Of a stretch of 64,000 nt of DNA, positions 37,313 to 50,052 are shown piece after piece (position 1 is the first letter of the stretch; every line of letters starts with the position of its first letter). Below the pieces are notes generated by a model. That model was not told the DNA's origin and did no database searches. It saw nothing but the letters and a program-made list of their open reading frames with translations. The position numbers and the translations under genes are program-made. This stretch comes from Octopus sinensis (lineage: Eukaryota): positions 56,916,001-56,980,000 of the forward strand of contig NC_043007.1 in NCBI RefSeq assembly GCF_006345805.1. Reading direction: 5' to 3'.

Positions 37313-40300
37313 TTTAATCCAAACGGGAAACAAAAAAACAACAACAATGGAACAATTACAGTATTATTATTAATAGGCGCTCAGGAAAAGGAAGCAGGGA
37401 GGTATGACGTTTCGAGCGGAGCTCTTCGTCGGAAACATAAAGAAGGAAGAGAGAGGAAAGAAAGATCCCAGAGCGGGCAACAGGGAAAGAGAAAAAAGAC
37501 GACTGGTGTTTACGAGTTGCACATGGTGAAAGGCGGATGTTTACGAAAACAGAGCAAAGTGGGTTTTTAAAGGCAAAAGAGTGGAGACAAGGTTGGTAAC
37601 GCAACAGATGTGTGTGTATGTGTGAGTGTGTGCGTGTGCGTGTGTATGTGTGTGTGTGAGGCGAGATGAAAAACAAAAAAATATATATGTGTGTGTTAGT
37701 GTGTGCGTCTGTGTGTAGGCGTGTGAGGTAGGGCGAGATAGTGGTCAGCTTAGCAGACAAAGGTCAGTAGTAAGAAAAAGAAGGAAGGAGGAAGGGAGGG
37801 AGGGGAAGGGTGGGGGCGTATGTAGCGTGCCAGCGTTTGTTGAGTAGTAGTGTGTGTGTGTGTCCAGTGTCGTGGTGGTATAAATGGCGAGTAGATTGAA
37901 TGTGTGTAAGAGTAATGTATATATTTAAGCAATGTGTGTATATGTGTGCGCGTGTGTGTAACGAAAAAAGGGGGGGGGGGGTTAGGGAAAAGACTCCAGC
38001 TGAGGGGAAGATGGAAGAGTGGTCCCGCGGAGGCGGGCGTGGGAAAACCCAACGACACGCGACGGTCCCAGGAACGGGCGGGAGGTCTGTCGGTTCCAAG
38101 AGCGAGGTGCCTGCGGAGCGTATGCGTACGCGAACCGGCGCAAGCGCGTGCGTGCGCGAGCCTGCGAGTATGTGCGTAAGTATGTATGTGTGTGGATGTG
38201 TGAGTGTGTCTGTGTGTATGTCGGGTGGCAGTGTGTCCGATGAATGTATGTGAGTATGTGTGTATGTATGTGTGTGCATAGATGTATGTCCGTGTGTGTG
38301 GTGTGTGTGTGTGTATGTGTGTGAGTGTGTATGTATGTACGTGTGGGTGTGGGGAAGTGTGTGTATGTGCATGTGTGTGCGCGTACATACAGGTGTGTGA
38401 GTGAGTGGGTGTGTGTGTATGTATGTGTGAGTGTGTATGTATGTGTGTGTAGGATGCATGTATGTGTATGGGTGTATGTATGCGTGTGTGTATGTATGTA
38501 TGTGTACGTGCGTGTGTGTGTGTGTATGCGTGTAGGTGTGCGCGTGTGCATGCATGTGCGTATGTGTGTGTGTGTGTGTGCATGTGTGTGGGTATATATG
38601 TATGTGCGTATATGTGTGTGTGTGTGCGTACATGTGTGTGTGTGTGTATGCATGTGTGTGTATGTAGGTGTGTGGGCGTGTGTGTATAGGTGTATGTATG
38701 TAAGTATGTATGGGTGTGTCCGTGTATGTGTGTGTATGTATGTGTGTGTATGTAGGTGTGTGGGCGTGTGTATATGTGTGTGTATGTAGTGTGTGGGCGT
38801 GGCGTGTGTATATAGGTGTATGTGTGTATGTCTGGGTGTGTCCGTGCATGTTTGTGTGTGTGTGTGTATGCATGTGTATGTAGGTGTGTCTGTACGTGTG
38901 TAATGTATGTGTGTATGCGTGTGTATGCGTGCGTGTGTGTATGTAGGTGCGTGTGTATGGGTGTGGGAGTGTAGGTGTGTGTGTGCGTGTGCGTGTTTAT
39001 GTTGGTGTGTGCGTATGTGAGTGTGAGTGTATGGGTGTTTGTCATGCATGTGTGTGCGCGTGCAGGTGAGTGTGTGTGTAAGTATGTGTGTGTATGTTTG
39101 TGTGAGTGTGTATGTGTGTATGTCTGTGTGTATGTATGTGCGTATAGGAGTATGTGGGTATGTGTGGTGTATGTGTATGGGTGTATGTATGTATGTGTGT
39201 GTGTGTGCATGTGTATAAGTATATGTGGTGTGCGTATGTGTGTATATGTGTATGTGTGGTGTTTATGTATGTGTGTATGTATGTGTGTAGGCGTGTGTGT
39301 GTAGATGTATGTATGGGTGTGTGTCCGTGTGTGTTGTGTGTGTGTGTGTAGGTAGATGTGTGTGTCTGAGTGAGGGTATGGCTGTGTAGGTGTGTGTGTG
39401 TATGAATGTAAGTGTGTGTGTATACAAGTGTAATGTATGTATGTAGGTGTGTGTGTGTGTGTATGTGTACGTGTGCGTGTGTATGTGTGTGTGTGTATGC
39501 GTGTGAGTGTGAGTGTATGGGTGTATGTCTGTGTGTGTGTATGTCTGAAGTAGGTATGTATGTGTATGTATGTATGTGTGTGTGTGTGTGCAGGTATGTG
39601 TGTGTATGTGTGTGTGTGAGTAGGTGTGCGTGTATGTATGTGGGTAGGGATGCATGCGAGTGTGTGGGTATGTATGCATACATACGCACGCGCACATCCG
39701 AAGCAAGCCACACACACGAAGCGCGCCCACGCACACAACGCACAAGCAGTACAACGCAAGCCCAAGGGGCCGACCAAGCCCCCAGCGCGCGCCAAGGCGC
39801 GCGAGCGCAAAGGCCCTCGAACGCCCCGCTACGCGGGAACCGAGGATCCATCAGCCAAAAACCGGAAAGCAGAAAAGAGGGGGGCTGCCTGGATGCAAAA
39901 AGGTGTATGTGTGTGTGCATTCAGTGTAAGGGTGTGCATGTGTAGGTATGTATGTATGTATGTGCCTACATGTATGTTTGCATGTGTGTGTGTGAAGTAT
40001 GTACGTGCGGTGTGTGTGTGTGTGAGTGTGTGTGTATGTATGCGTATGTATATGTGTGTGTATGTGTGTATGTATGTCTGTGTGTGTGTGTGTGTGTGTA
40101 AGTATGTATGTGTGTGCGTATGTATGTATGTGTGTGTGTATGTGCATGTTGGTTTGTATGTTAGTGTGTGTTAGTATGTCTGTAAGTTTGTGTGATTAAA
40201 TGTGTGAATGTATGTACGTAGATGGGTCTACGTATGTGTGTGTGTGTGAACAGGCGTGTGGGAGGTAGGTGGGTGGGTGTGTGTGAGTGGTGTGTCCACA

Positions 40301-41892
40301 AAAAAAAAAAAAAAAAAAAAAACCGATCTCAAGAGGAGGGGGCTGTGTTAAGTCCGTGGGGGGTGGTAGTTTGTAGGGTGAAGATGTAGCGTTGCTCCAA
40401 GTGGAGCCTGGAAAGTGGGCGACCATGGTGGGGGGCGAGACCAAACACTGAGATGTCATCTAGGGAATGGGGCCGAGCGGAAGTGGCGTGCGACGGGAGA
40501 AAGAGAGTGTAGGCGAACGTCCCTCAAGTGTCAGTGAAACGGTCGGACAACCGGCGTCCCGTCTGTCCTACATACAGCATCCCGCATAGGTTGCATTTAA
40601 TGCAGTAAATAAGGTCAGACGAGGTGCACGTAAAAGAGTGCCTAATGCGTACAGTGTGCAGGTTGGAGCCGGTGACAGCGGTGGTGTTGGTGATGAAGGG
40701 GCAAGTGTTGCAACGGGATCTAGAGCAAGGGAATGATCCGTGTGGGGCTGAGGGGGAAGGAGAGAGGGTGCTGTGGACCAGGAGGTCACGCAGATTGCGG
40801 GCTCGTTTGAAAGAGGACAGGGGTAGTTAGGGAAAATGGGGCGGGTGGTGGGATCAAGCTGGAGGCGACGGAAGGCACGTAGTATCTTGCGACGAAGGGG
40901 TAGGGTAGAGGGGTGGAAAAGGAGGGGAAGGGGGTGCGGTTGGGGGGTGGGCGGGGGGAAGGAGACAGGGCAGTAGTGCGGTCGATGCGACGGGCGCGGG
41001 TGAGGGCATCAGAGAGGAGTATGGGTGGGTAACCTCGGAGTCTGAACATGCGGGCCAGGTATTGAGATTGGGTCTCGAAATCCTGGTCGCGGCTGCACAA
41101 ACGTCGGAGGCGGAGGAACTGGGAGTAGGGGATGGCTCGTTTGGTGTGGAAGGGGTGGGAGGAAGAGAAGTTGAGATAGAGGTGGGAATCCGTAGGTTTA
41201 AAAAAGGCGGTGGTGGTGAGAGAGCTGGAGGGGTGATCGATGCGGAGAGAGATGTCAAGGAAGTTGACAGAGGTGTTGGAGATGGTGGAGGTGAATTGAA
41301 GAGAGGGGTGAAAGTTGGAAAGGAAAGAGATGAATTGGCAGAGAAGTTCGCGGGAAAGGGAGGTGGCACCTACGCAGTCGTCGATATAGCGACCGTATAG
41401 TTCGGGGGTCGGCCCAGAGAACTGGGAGAACACTTGGGCCTCAATGTAGCCAAGAAAGAGATTGGCGAAATTGGGGCCCATCCTAGTTCCCATCGCGACC
41501 CCGGACACCTGTTGGTACGTTTCCCCGGCGAACGTGAAGCAATTGAGGGTGAGGAAGAGCTCAGCCAACGGAGAAGGGTGGGGGTGCTGGGGTGGGGTCG
41601 GGACGACGGTCGAGGAAGTGTTGGAGGGCTAGGAGACCGTCATTGTGGGGAATCACTGTGTACAGGGATTTTACATCTAAAGTGAAGAGGAGGTGTGAGG
41701 GGCTGGAAGGGAAGGAAAAGGAATTGAAGAGACGGAGGGCGTGGTTGGTGTCGTGTATGTGGGATGGGAGGGCTGCGACTAAGGGGGACATGATGCGGTC
41801 GAGGTATAGGGAGATGAGTTCAGTGGGGCAATTACAGGCAGAGACTATGGGACGGCCAGGATTAGAGGGTTTATGGATCTTGGGAAGGAAGT

Positions 41893-41895
<3 letters not shown>
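37313..41895 (-). mobile_element. Penelope-like element 2 (Neptune-like, tentative): RT + GIY-YIG, 3' region containing a ~2.7-kb CA/GT array
   Basis: [48 protein letters not shown] (40786-41890). The EN LIYCIKCNLCGMLYVGQTGR lies at about 40540-40640. A hammerhead-like motif lies at 37404-37432. Frameshifted. Confidence 0.85.
37590..40295. repeat. Long degenerate (GT/GTAT/GCGT)n array with GC-rich islands
   Basis: Direct reading. The His/Thr and Val/Cys ORFs here are translation artefacts of the array. Confidence 0.9.
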
Positions 41896-41937
<42 letters not shown>

Positions 41938-42150
41938 GATACATACATACATATATATATATATACATAGATACATACATACATATATATATATATACAT
42001 AGATACATACATACATATATATATATACATAGATACATACATACATATATATATATACATAGATACATACATACATATATATATATACATAGATACATAC
42101 ATACATATATATATATACATAGATACATACATACATATATATATATACAT

Positions 42151-42200
<50 letters not shown>

Positions 42201-42389
42201 CATACATATATGCATACATACATATATATATATATACATACATATATGCATACATACATACATATATGCATACATACATACATATATGCATACATACATA
42301 CATATATGCATACATACATACATATATGCATACATACATACATATATGCATACATACATACATATATGCATACATACATACATATATGC

Positions 42390-42442
<53 letters not shown>

Positions 42443-42480
42443 CATATATGCATACATACATACATACATATATATATATA
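41895..42480. repeat. Hierarchical (TA)/(TACA) array with 30-32-bp and 20-bp higher-order units
   Basis: catagata recurs at 41934, 41966, 41998, 42028, 42058, 42088 and 42118. atatatgcatacatacatac repeats at about 42200-42400. Confidence 0.9.
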
Positions 42481-42844
42481 CTAGCACTACGACCCGGCGT
42501 TGCCGGGTCATAATGCTAGTGCATACATATACAGCTGCGTGCATGTGCACATACACATGAGTACTGTCCAAATTTCTGACCAATCACATACAGATAGCTG
42601 GCATTCAATTGGCGTATCAAGTTTCAGGCATTTTGATTGGGTTTTGGATAGAAAATTCACAAAAAAGTCAATTCTATTGATTTTTGAATGGCTTTGCGGG
42701 GTGACTGAGGAAATGCAAAGATGTGCACGACCACCTTTGGATGGTTTTGAATGACCATAGAAAGTGCGAGCCCTCTAACTGAAAAGTTATGGATTTGTAT
42801 AAAGGACACACATGCAGACATTTTGCCATTTATATATATAGAGA
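42481..42844 (-). mobile_element. Non-autonomous Helitron A (364 bp)
   Basis: Minus strand: A|TCTCTATATATATAAATGG ... subterminal hairpin gacccggcaacgccgggtc ... CTAG|T. Confidence 0.75.
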
Positions 42845-43093
42845 TGTGTGTGTTCATGAGACTCAGTAATGGTGTGAATACAACTGTCCGTAAGATAATA
42901 ACATTCAAATGATCCAGGACAACATGTTCCAGTGCCCAGTCTTCACATATTTCTCTGTTGTTAAATGTTCAATGTGTTAAGTGTAATAAAATCAGCAGAA
43001 AATGACTTGCATTCAGTCCTAGAAAACAGTTCTGCTTACAGAAAAAGACCTGTATCTCACATTGTGTGTGTTGGAAAGGAGATTAGAAAGTGA

Positions 43094-43940
43094 CTAGCAG
43101 AATTGCCCGGCGTTGCTTGGGGCTGAATTGCTTGAAAGTACTGTTAATGATTGCACTGAATTATGATGATTATTCAGGCAAATATTGATATAAGTTTACG
43201 GTGGGAGATAAGGACTTAGCGATAAAACATGTGCCATTGCATTGTTTTGGGGGAACCAAATTTCTGATGAGCATTATAGGGGCACCAACTTTAAGTTTGA
43301 GAAAGTGTGGTGGTAGTCCGGGGTGCTCAAAGGAATTGAGTACCTCTATTGGATAGTTGATGACGTCCTCTGGGTCAGGAGTTGTATCGATAGACTGATA
43401 TACATAGACTTCCCCAGGAATGAGTTTTAGCATTTCATCATTAATATGGTGAACAGTTTTATTCCTCGGGGCCAGTATAGCCTTTTTGCCAATCCAATCC
43501 ATATTCTGATAATTAGCTTGTAGATCTGGGAACACTGAATCTCTGAGATCAGAAGGCGTCTTAACAATGGTACAAATGGAATCGATGGCAATATTACCAT
43601 TTTCATCCCCTGGTATTTTGCCTTCGCCAAGTGCAAGGAGGGTGTGAGGAAATGCTGCTGATGTGATATTACGTTGCATATGAGCATGCATATTGGTGTG
43701 AAGTTTGAGAGTTACTTCCCTTTATTAAAAAAAATATGCATTAAAATGGAAAAAAATTATGGTAAATTATTTGTAAAATCGTAGACTCATCGTAGACACG
43801 CGCTAATACCCAGAAAGGGTCGATATGAATCACGACTATAAGATACCCGGTTTTGGTTAAACTGCATCGCAAAATGTGGGAGTAGTTAGGAATCTAAATC
43901 GGAGTAGACAGACACACAACCTTTCTTTTATATATAAAGA
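43094..43940 (-). mobile_element. Non-autonomous Helitron B (847 bp) carrying a PIF1-helicase fragment (43170-43691)
   Basis: A|TCTTTATATATAAAAG ... GC-rich hairpin ... CTAG|T. Helicase motifs AILAPRN, PPH.LKLKVGAPIMLIRNL and CNGT. Confidence 0.85.
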
Positions 43941-45061
43941 TTTTCGTCCTAAAAAACTTTGTATGGATTGAATGGTTACCTCTATGGAAATATATACACG
44001 CACATTATACATACATGTGTGCATAGATGAATATATAAATACATTTATATATCTATATACACTTTTGGGCGATCTTTCTGCTACTTAGAGATAACTTTAG
44101 ATCGTATTTTCGTCCTAAAAAACTTTGTGCGGAGTGAATGGTTACGTCTATGGAAATATATAGACTCACATTATACATACATCTGTGTATAGATGAATAT
44201 ATAAATACATTTAAATATCTATATACACTTTTGGGCGATCTTTCTGCTACTTGGATATACTTTAGATCTTATATTCGTCCTAAAAAACTTTGTATGAATT
44301 GAAAAAGAAAATGAATTAAAATTTTTAAGAAAGGAATTTGTTTACATACATGTGTGAAATGGCAAATGTTTGTGCAGTTGTCCGAAATGGAACCAGGGTA
44401 AATGTGTGGAACTGATGTATTATAATGAATAGTCCTTCTTGTTGTGAATATTAATTTGATTAATATGAACTGAAAACCAGTGGTGTAGCATATAAGACCA
44501 TAGGTGATCTTCTAGCAAAAAGGATGACCAGTCTGACTGGCTCATCCCTGTCACACACTCACACACACGCACACACACACACGCACCCTCACACACACAC
44601 ACACGCACACACTCACACACACGCACACACACACACACGTTAGCTTTTAATTTTAGTTATATATTTGCATGTCTATGTGTGTAAAGAGGAAGTGGGAGTA
44701 ATATGCAGAGTGAAAGAGTGAAATGGTAAAATATTTAGTTTTCTCGAATTTTTTCTGAAATGGGGGTGAAATTGAAAGAAATTTTGTATGCCATGACCGA
44801 ATGGAAGTACTTTGAAAAATCATAGGTAAACTCTAATTGAAGAAATTGTGTGAGGAGTAAATCGTTATGTATTTATTTGTTTCTGTTTGCTGTGTTTTTT
44901 TTTTTAGGTACACTTGCAAAGAGAAAGTATGAGAAATTATGTTGATAGTATGAGTAAAGCAGTTCATCCGTTTTATATAAATACTTTCACTTTAATCGTT
45001 GCACACTTGCAAAGAGAAAGGAGAAGAAATTAGGGTGATAGCATGAGTGAAGCAGTTTGCT

Positions 45062-45098
<37 letters not shown>

Positions 45099-45317
45099 AG
45101 CCCACACTAAGAAAAGCACTTCACTTACACACCAAAATGTGAGTTTTCTCGAAATTTTGCTTAATTGGGGGTGAAATTTGAAAAACTGTACCTGGCACGA
45201 CCCGATGTATTCTACTCTTAAAAATGCTAGGTAAATTGTAATTGAAGAAATCCTATATTGTAGATTTCTATAAGAGACAAAGGAAGGCAGATAAAATCTA
45301 CCTTTTATAATAAGAGA
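43941..45317 (-). mobile_element. Helitron-like element C (5' TC end at 45317) with internal ~166-bp tandem repeat at 43941-44300
   Basis: Minus-strand start A|TCTCTTATTATAAAAGG, homologous to the plus-strand copy starting at 63670. Its own 3' CTAG end was not found. Confidence 0.6.
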
Positions 45318-45324
45318 TATATAT

Positions 45325-45669
45325 AAAGGGGTAAAGACCCCCTTCGGTCATGAATGACCATGGGATTGCACCTAGAAAGTTACCCTCCTAGACACAAGTC
45401 CGGGCAAGGTTGTTTATGGAAGACCAGCAGTCGCCCATGCATACCGGCCTCCCGTCTCCACGTCACCGATGTTGTCCAAGGGAAAGGCAAGGGCCGATAC
45501 AGCTTGGCACCAGTGACATCGCAATTCATTTCTACAGCTGAGTGAACTGGAGTAACATGAAATAAAGTGCCTTGCTCAAGAACACAACATGCAGCCTGGT
45601 CCGGGATTCGAGCTCACAACCTCACGATCGTGAGCTCGACGCTCTAACCACTGAGCCATGCGCCTTCCA
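45325..45669 (-). mobile_element. tRNA-derived SINE (second family); truncated copy at ~63473-63660
   Basis: Minus-strand head ggcgcatggctcagtggttagagcg...ctcgaatcccgg with A-box and B-box. Confidence 0.8.
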
Positions 45670-45670
45670 C

Positions 45671-45701
<31 letters not shown>

Positions 45702-45892
45702 TACATATATGCATATATATATATATACATACATATATGCATACATACATATATACATACATATATGCATACATACATATATACATACATATATGCATAC
45801 ATACATATATACATACATACATACATACATATATACATACATACATACATATATACATACATACATACATATATACATACATACATACATAT

Positions 45893-45940
<48 letters not shown>
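45670..45940. repeat. (TA)/(TACA) compound microsatellite
   Basis: Direct reading. Confidence 0.95.
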
Positions 45941-45943
<3 letters not shown>

Positions 45944-45959
45944 CTTGTCCTCTAACTTA

Positions 45960-46510
45960 ACTGCTTCTCGTTCATGGGTGAGTTTTACCAGCAGGTCTCA
46001 GGAGTGGGCATGGGAATGAGAATGGGCACCAACTATGCAAACCTGTTCAATGGCTACATTGAAACCCAAATATTCTCCAGTTTCACTGGTCCCACTCCCC
46101 AACTATACGGTCATTATATTGACAACTGTATCAGTGCGACCTCACTCTCCCGCAAACATCTAGACTCTTTCCTCTCTTTTGTCAATATCACCAGCCCCCT
46201 TCCATACACACTCTCACATACACATGCATGCACACCTTCGTTTTGGGATCACCACTACTTTATTATCTCCCCTTCTTCCAAGCTCTCCTGTGTGACCCCT
46301 CTGTCCAGCATTCGCCATGATAGATCGCTAGCTACTAAACCTTTTTCTATTTTCTATCGCTGTTTATTTCTGTGTTCTTTTCTATTGAAGAGCGTAGGCT
46401 TGAAATATAAAAGTAAAGACTTTCTCACTTCCTGAGCGTTAAACTAATGCATCTGTTTGTTGTTTACATACCTGTTTTCGTATTTTGTTTTTTTGTAAAT
46501 TCTCACTATA
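45960..46510 (+). mobile_element. Penelope-like element 3 remnant, related to element 2, internally deleted
   Basis: [21 protein letters not shown]...YGHYIDN (45974-46435), followed by a pLTR-like end with gaagagcgtaggcttgaaa. Confidence 0.75.
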
Positions 46511-46712
46511 TAATCCAGATAATAAGACAAAGAAATACTTTAACAAATCTTTAATGATCAGTTACAATTATTTCTGTACCATGTCTGCTTTCAACGCCAG
46601 TTTATGTAAAAGCTCAAAGTGAAAATTTACATATTTGCAGTTTTAAACATTAGAGTAGCACTTCAGACTTGTCTTGAAGGTGTGCTCTTATATTGTCTGT
46701 CTGTCTCTCATG

Positions 46713-46785
<73 letters not shown>

Positions 46786-46787
<2 letters not shown>

Positions 46788-49256
46788 GCATACCTCACTC
46801 TACTTCATTAATTGGTTCTAGGAAACACGACTTAAGTCGAATTAACTTGTCTCTAGGTTAGACTGAATTTACTTGTCTTTAGGCTAAACCGATAATAACC
46901 ATTCCCAATTCTGTACTTTATTTATGAATGCATTTTCAATAATATATCATTAATAAAAACCTATTTTAAGCTTACAATTTATATTATTTAATAGAGTACA
47001 GTTAACAAAAAAAAGGTAATCGAAATTGACAAATACAATTCGGCAATGTTTACCGTACATCGTGGATGCTTTATTTATGAATGTGGTTTGCAATAAGACA
47101 TGGTAAAATAAATCCTTTTTTAAGCTTAAAAAAACAAATTCAGTAATAATTATTATTTTGCAATAGTAAAAAAAAAACTAAATTATTTTGAATTTACCAG
47201 TATGTACATACAGTTTGGTGGTTTACATCACAGATGTAGACGGCTATGGATTGTCAACATCAACAGCTGACTCTGGCTGTTCTTCTTGTTCAATGCACTT
47301 AAAAAACCAGTTGAAAGTTCCTTGAACTGTCTTCTCTTCTTCAAGGATTACATTATAAGGAGCAAAAGCTTCATGACAAGCCCCCATAATCTTGGAAAAG
47401 CATTGAGCATTTGGGTCCATATCCTCGAACATAGAAAAACCTTTTTTGATGTATGCAAATGCTTGCTGCATTTTCTTACAGGTGAAGTGACGTGGGTCAG
47501 GTTAAACTTCCTCTTCTTTTTTATTTTACTGCTCATGAAGAACTATCAAATCCTTGTTTGTCAGGGGCTACTTGTCTTTCAAATACATCTGTGAAAACCT
47601 TCTCTTCCAAATCCATTTCCAGTTCTTTGCTCGTAGTCACCAACATTTTGTTGATGGCAACATTATCAAACCCCTTAAAATCATTCACAAATTGTTTGCA
47701 TAGCTTCTTCCATACACCGTTCATAGCCGCGCTCTGTACATCCTTCCATGCCGCTGCTATCTTCTGTACAGCCTTGTAGATATCATATCTCTTCCAAAAG
47801 TCACAAAGTGTGATGGAATCATCAAGATCAGTTGCAGCTATTGCTTGCCACAGCATACACTTCATATAGTAACGCTTGAAGATAGCAATTATTCCCTGAT
47901 CCATTGGCTGCAGAAGAGACATGGTGTTCAGAGGGAGGCATATGACGGTAACATTGGGATCAAAATCTACGATGTTTTGCGGGTGGCGAGGAGCATTATC
48001 TTCAAAAACAACAACAGTAACCCATGCTTTTGAATTAGCCAGCCATATAACAGGGAGAGATGCCTAGGGTATATTCTTCAGGGCACAAGGGTTGTGTGCA
48101 TGATACACAAGCAATGGCTTTAACTTAAAATCTCCTGCACAATTACCTCCCAACATAATAGTTACACGTTCTTTTGAGACCTAGTAGCCTGGAATAGGTT
48201 TCTCCTTTTCTCTTTCTTGGAAATGAATGAATGGTCTGGTAATTTTTTCCAATACAATCCAGTTTTGTCTACGTTAAAAATCTGTTCAGGATCAAACCTG
48301 TTTTCTTTGATGATTTTCTTTAATGCATTAGGAAATTCCGCTGATGCACTTTCACTTTGCTTCTTAATGGAGTTATAACTTTGCTCCTTAAATCTCATGA
48401 ATCATCCTTGACTTACCTTGAACTCTACATCTTTCTTATCTGGGTATTTTTTTTCAGGTCCTCAAACAAAGACAACACTTGAAATCTTGAATGATTTCTT
48501 GACTAATAGTAGCACGCTGACGATTCAACCTAACAATCCAAAGAGAAAGAAGACTTCCCATTTCTTCAAAGATCTTGCCTCTTTTCTTATTGATGACAGT
48601 GTTCTTCATCACTGGGGCTTCAGATATGTGCTAAAATCTTGTCCTTATTATGTACAATCATTGACAGAGTTGTCCCACTCATCCCAAAAGATCATGCAAT
48701 TGCTACTACATTTTCACCTTTTTCACGGTATTTTATCATAGCTAGTTTAGCTTCCAGCATTATAGCATGATGCTTAGCACTTTCACTATGAATTTTCTTA
48801 GGAGCCATAGGAGCAAAAAATAAAGTTACAAATGAATGAGAAACAGAAAGTAGCCGACAAACAGATATAAACAAATCTGAATTCAATACAATAGTGGGAA
48901 TCACGAGTGACAAAGACGCCTAACAGTAGATATCGGAACTACAGTGCAATATGAGCTCCAAAAGACCGATAAATAAGACGACACAACTGATTTCATGATT
49001 TTGTTCACTAAGCTACACTACTTTATGGTGTGTATCTTAACATTTACTGTACGTATTCTAAAATGATTTTATATGCTTTTATTCTTATTTATTGTACAGT
49101 AACATGATTTTATGTGCTTTTAACTGTTTTCTAGTGATTTTACAAATCCAATCGAGTAAAATGACTTGATTTTTATTTTTCCATATATTACTTTTGAAAA
49201 CCAACATATAATCAAAAGTGACTTGAATTGAAACAACTTAAGTTGAGGTATGCCTG
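46786..49256 (-). mobile_element. Tigger/pogo DNA transposon, degenerate (TIGD1-like transposase)
   Basis: TIR caggcatacctc at the right end followed by TA, with a decayed left copy. HTH MAPKK..AKLAMIK, QIFNVDKTGLYWK and DDE LLQPMDQGII. Confidence 0.85.
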
Positions 49257-49339
49257 TATGTGTATGTATGTATGTATGTATACATCATCATCATCATCAT
49301 TATTTAACGTCCGCTTTCCATGCTAGCATGGGTTGGAAC

Positions 49340-49391
<52 letters not shown>

Positions 49392-50052
49392 AACTTTTAA
49401 GTGTGGGTTTGAGAGGACCCTTTAGTCTTATCAAAGCGTGACAACTTCTCTAGAGCTGACATGAGGAAAAAATGCACTCAGTAAGTGATAGGTGTTAGGA
49501 AGGGCATCCAGCTGTAGAAACCAAATCAAAACTGAAATATGCAACCAAATATGACTTGGTAGCACAATGCATGTCCTCATTAATAGTTTTAGATACTTAT
49601 GTAGTCATGAGCAGGTATAGAAATTTTGTCAGCTATCCTGCTTTTGACTCAAAACACCAAGAATGTGACAACTGAAAAGAGAGGGAGGGCTGCACCAGCA
49701 CTTGGTTAGAACAATATCAAATGAAGTGCCTTGCTCAAGCTCACAATATGCTGCCTGGTTCAGAAATCATAAAACCAACACCCCTAACTACAAGACGATG
49801 TACCTGCACAGCACACAGTTGATTTTAAGCTGAAGGTATTAAGAAGGTTTTCTTAATGTATCTAAAGTGTAATGTCATATTGGTGTATAACCTATTCATC
49901 ATCTCTGTAACTCATAATCTATATAGGTAAATTTCTTATTTAGTACCTCGATGCAGTCCTATGAGACTATGTAATCATGTATCTCAATACTATCATACAA
50001 TCACATACTTACATCCAGAGTACCTGTTGGACATCACTTCTTGACTGAGCAA

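Noticed and set aside
37750-40174. Long His/Thr-rich and Val/Cys-rich ORFs (up to 686 aa)
   Set aside because: These are translations of a (CA/GT)n array that is open in several frames at once. There is no domain or splice support.
41845-42583. MYVCIY-repeat ORFs (also 37001-37373 and 45572-46019)
   Set aside because: They are (TA)/(TACA) microsatellite translations.
45590-45669. tRNA-like sequence with A and B boxes
   Set aside because: The anticodon and acceptor stems pair poorly, and the sequence continues into a SINE body.
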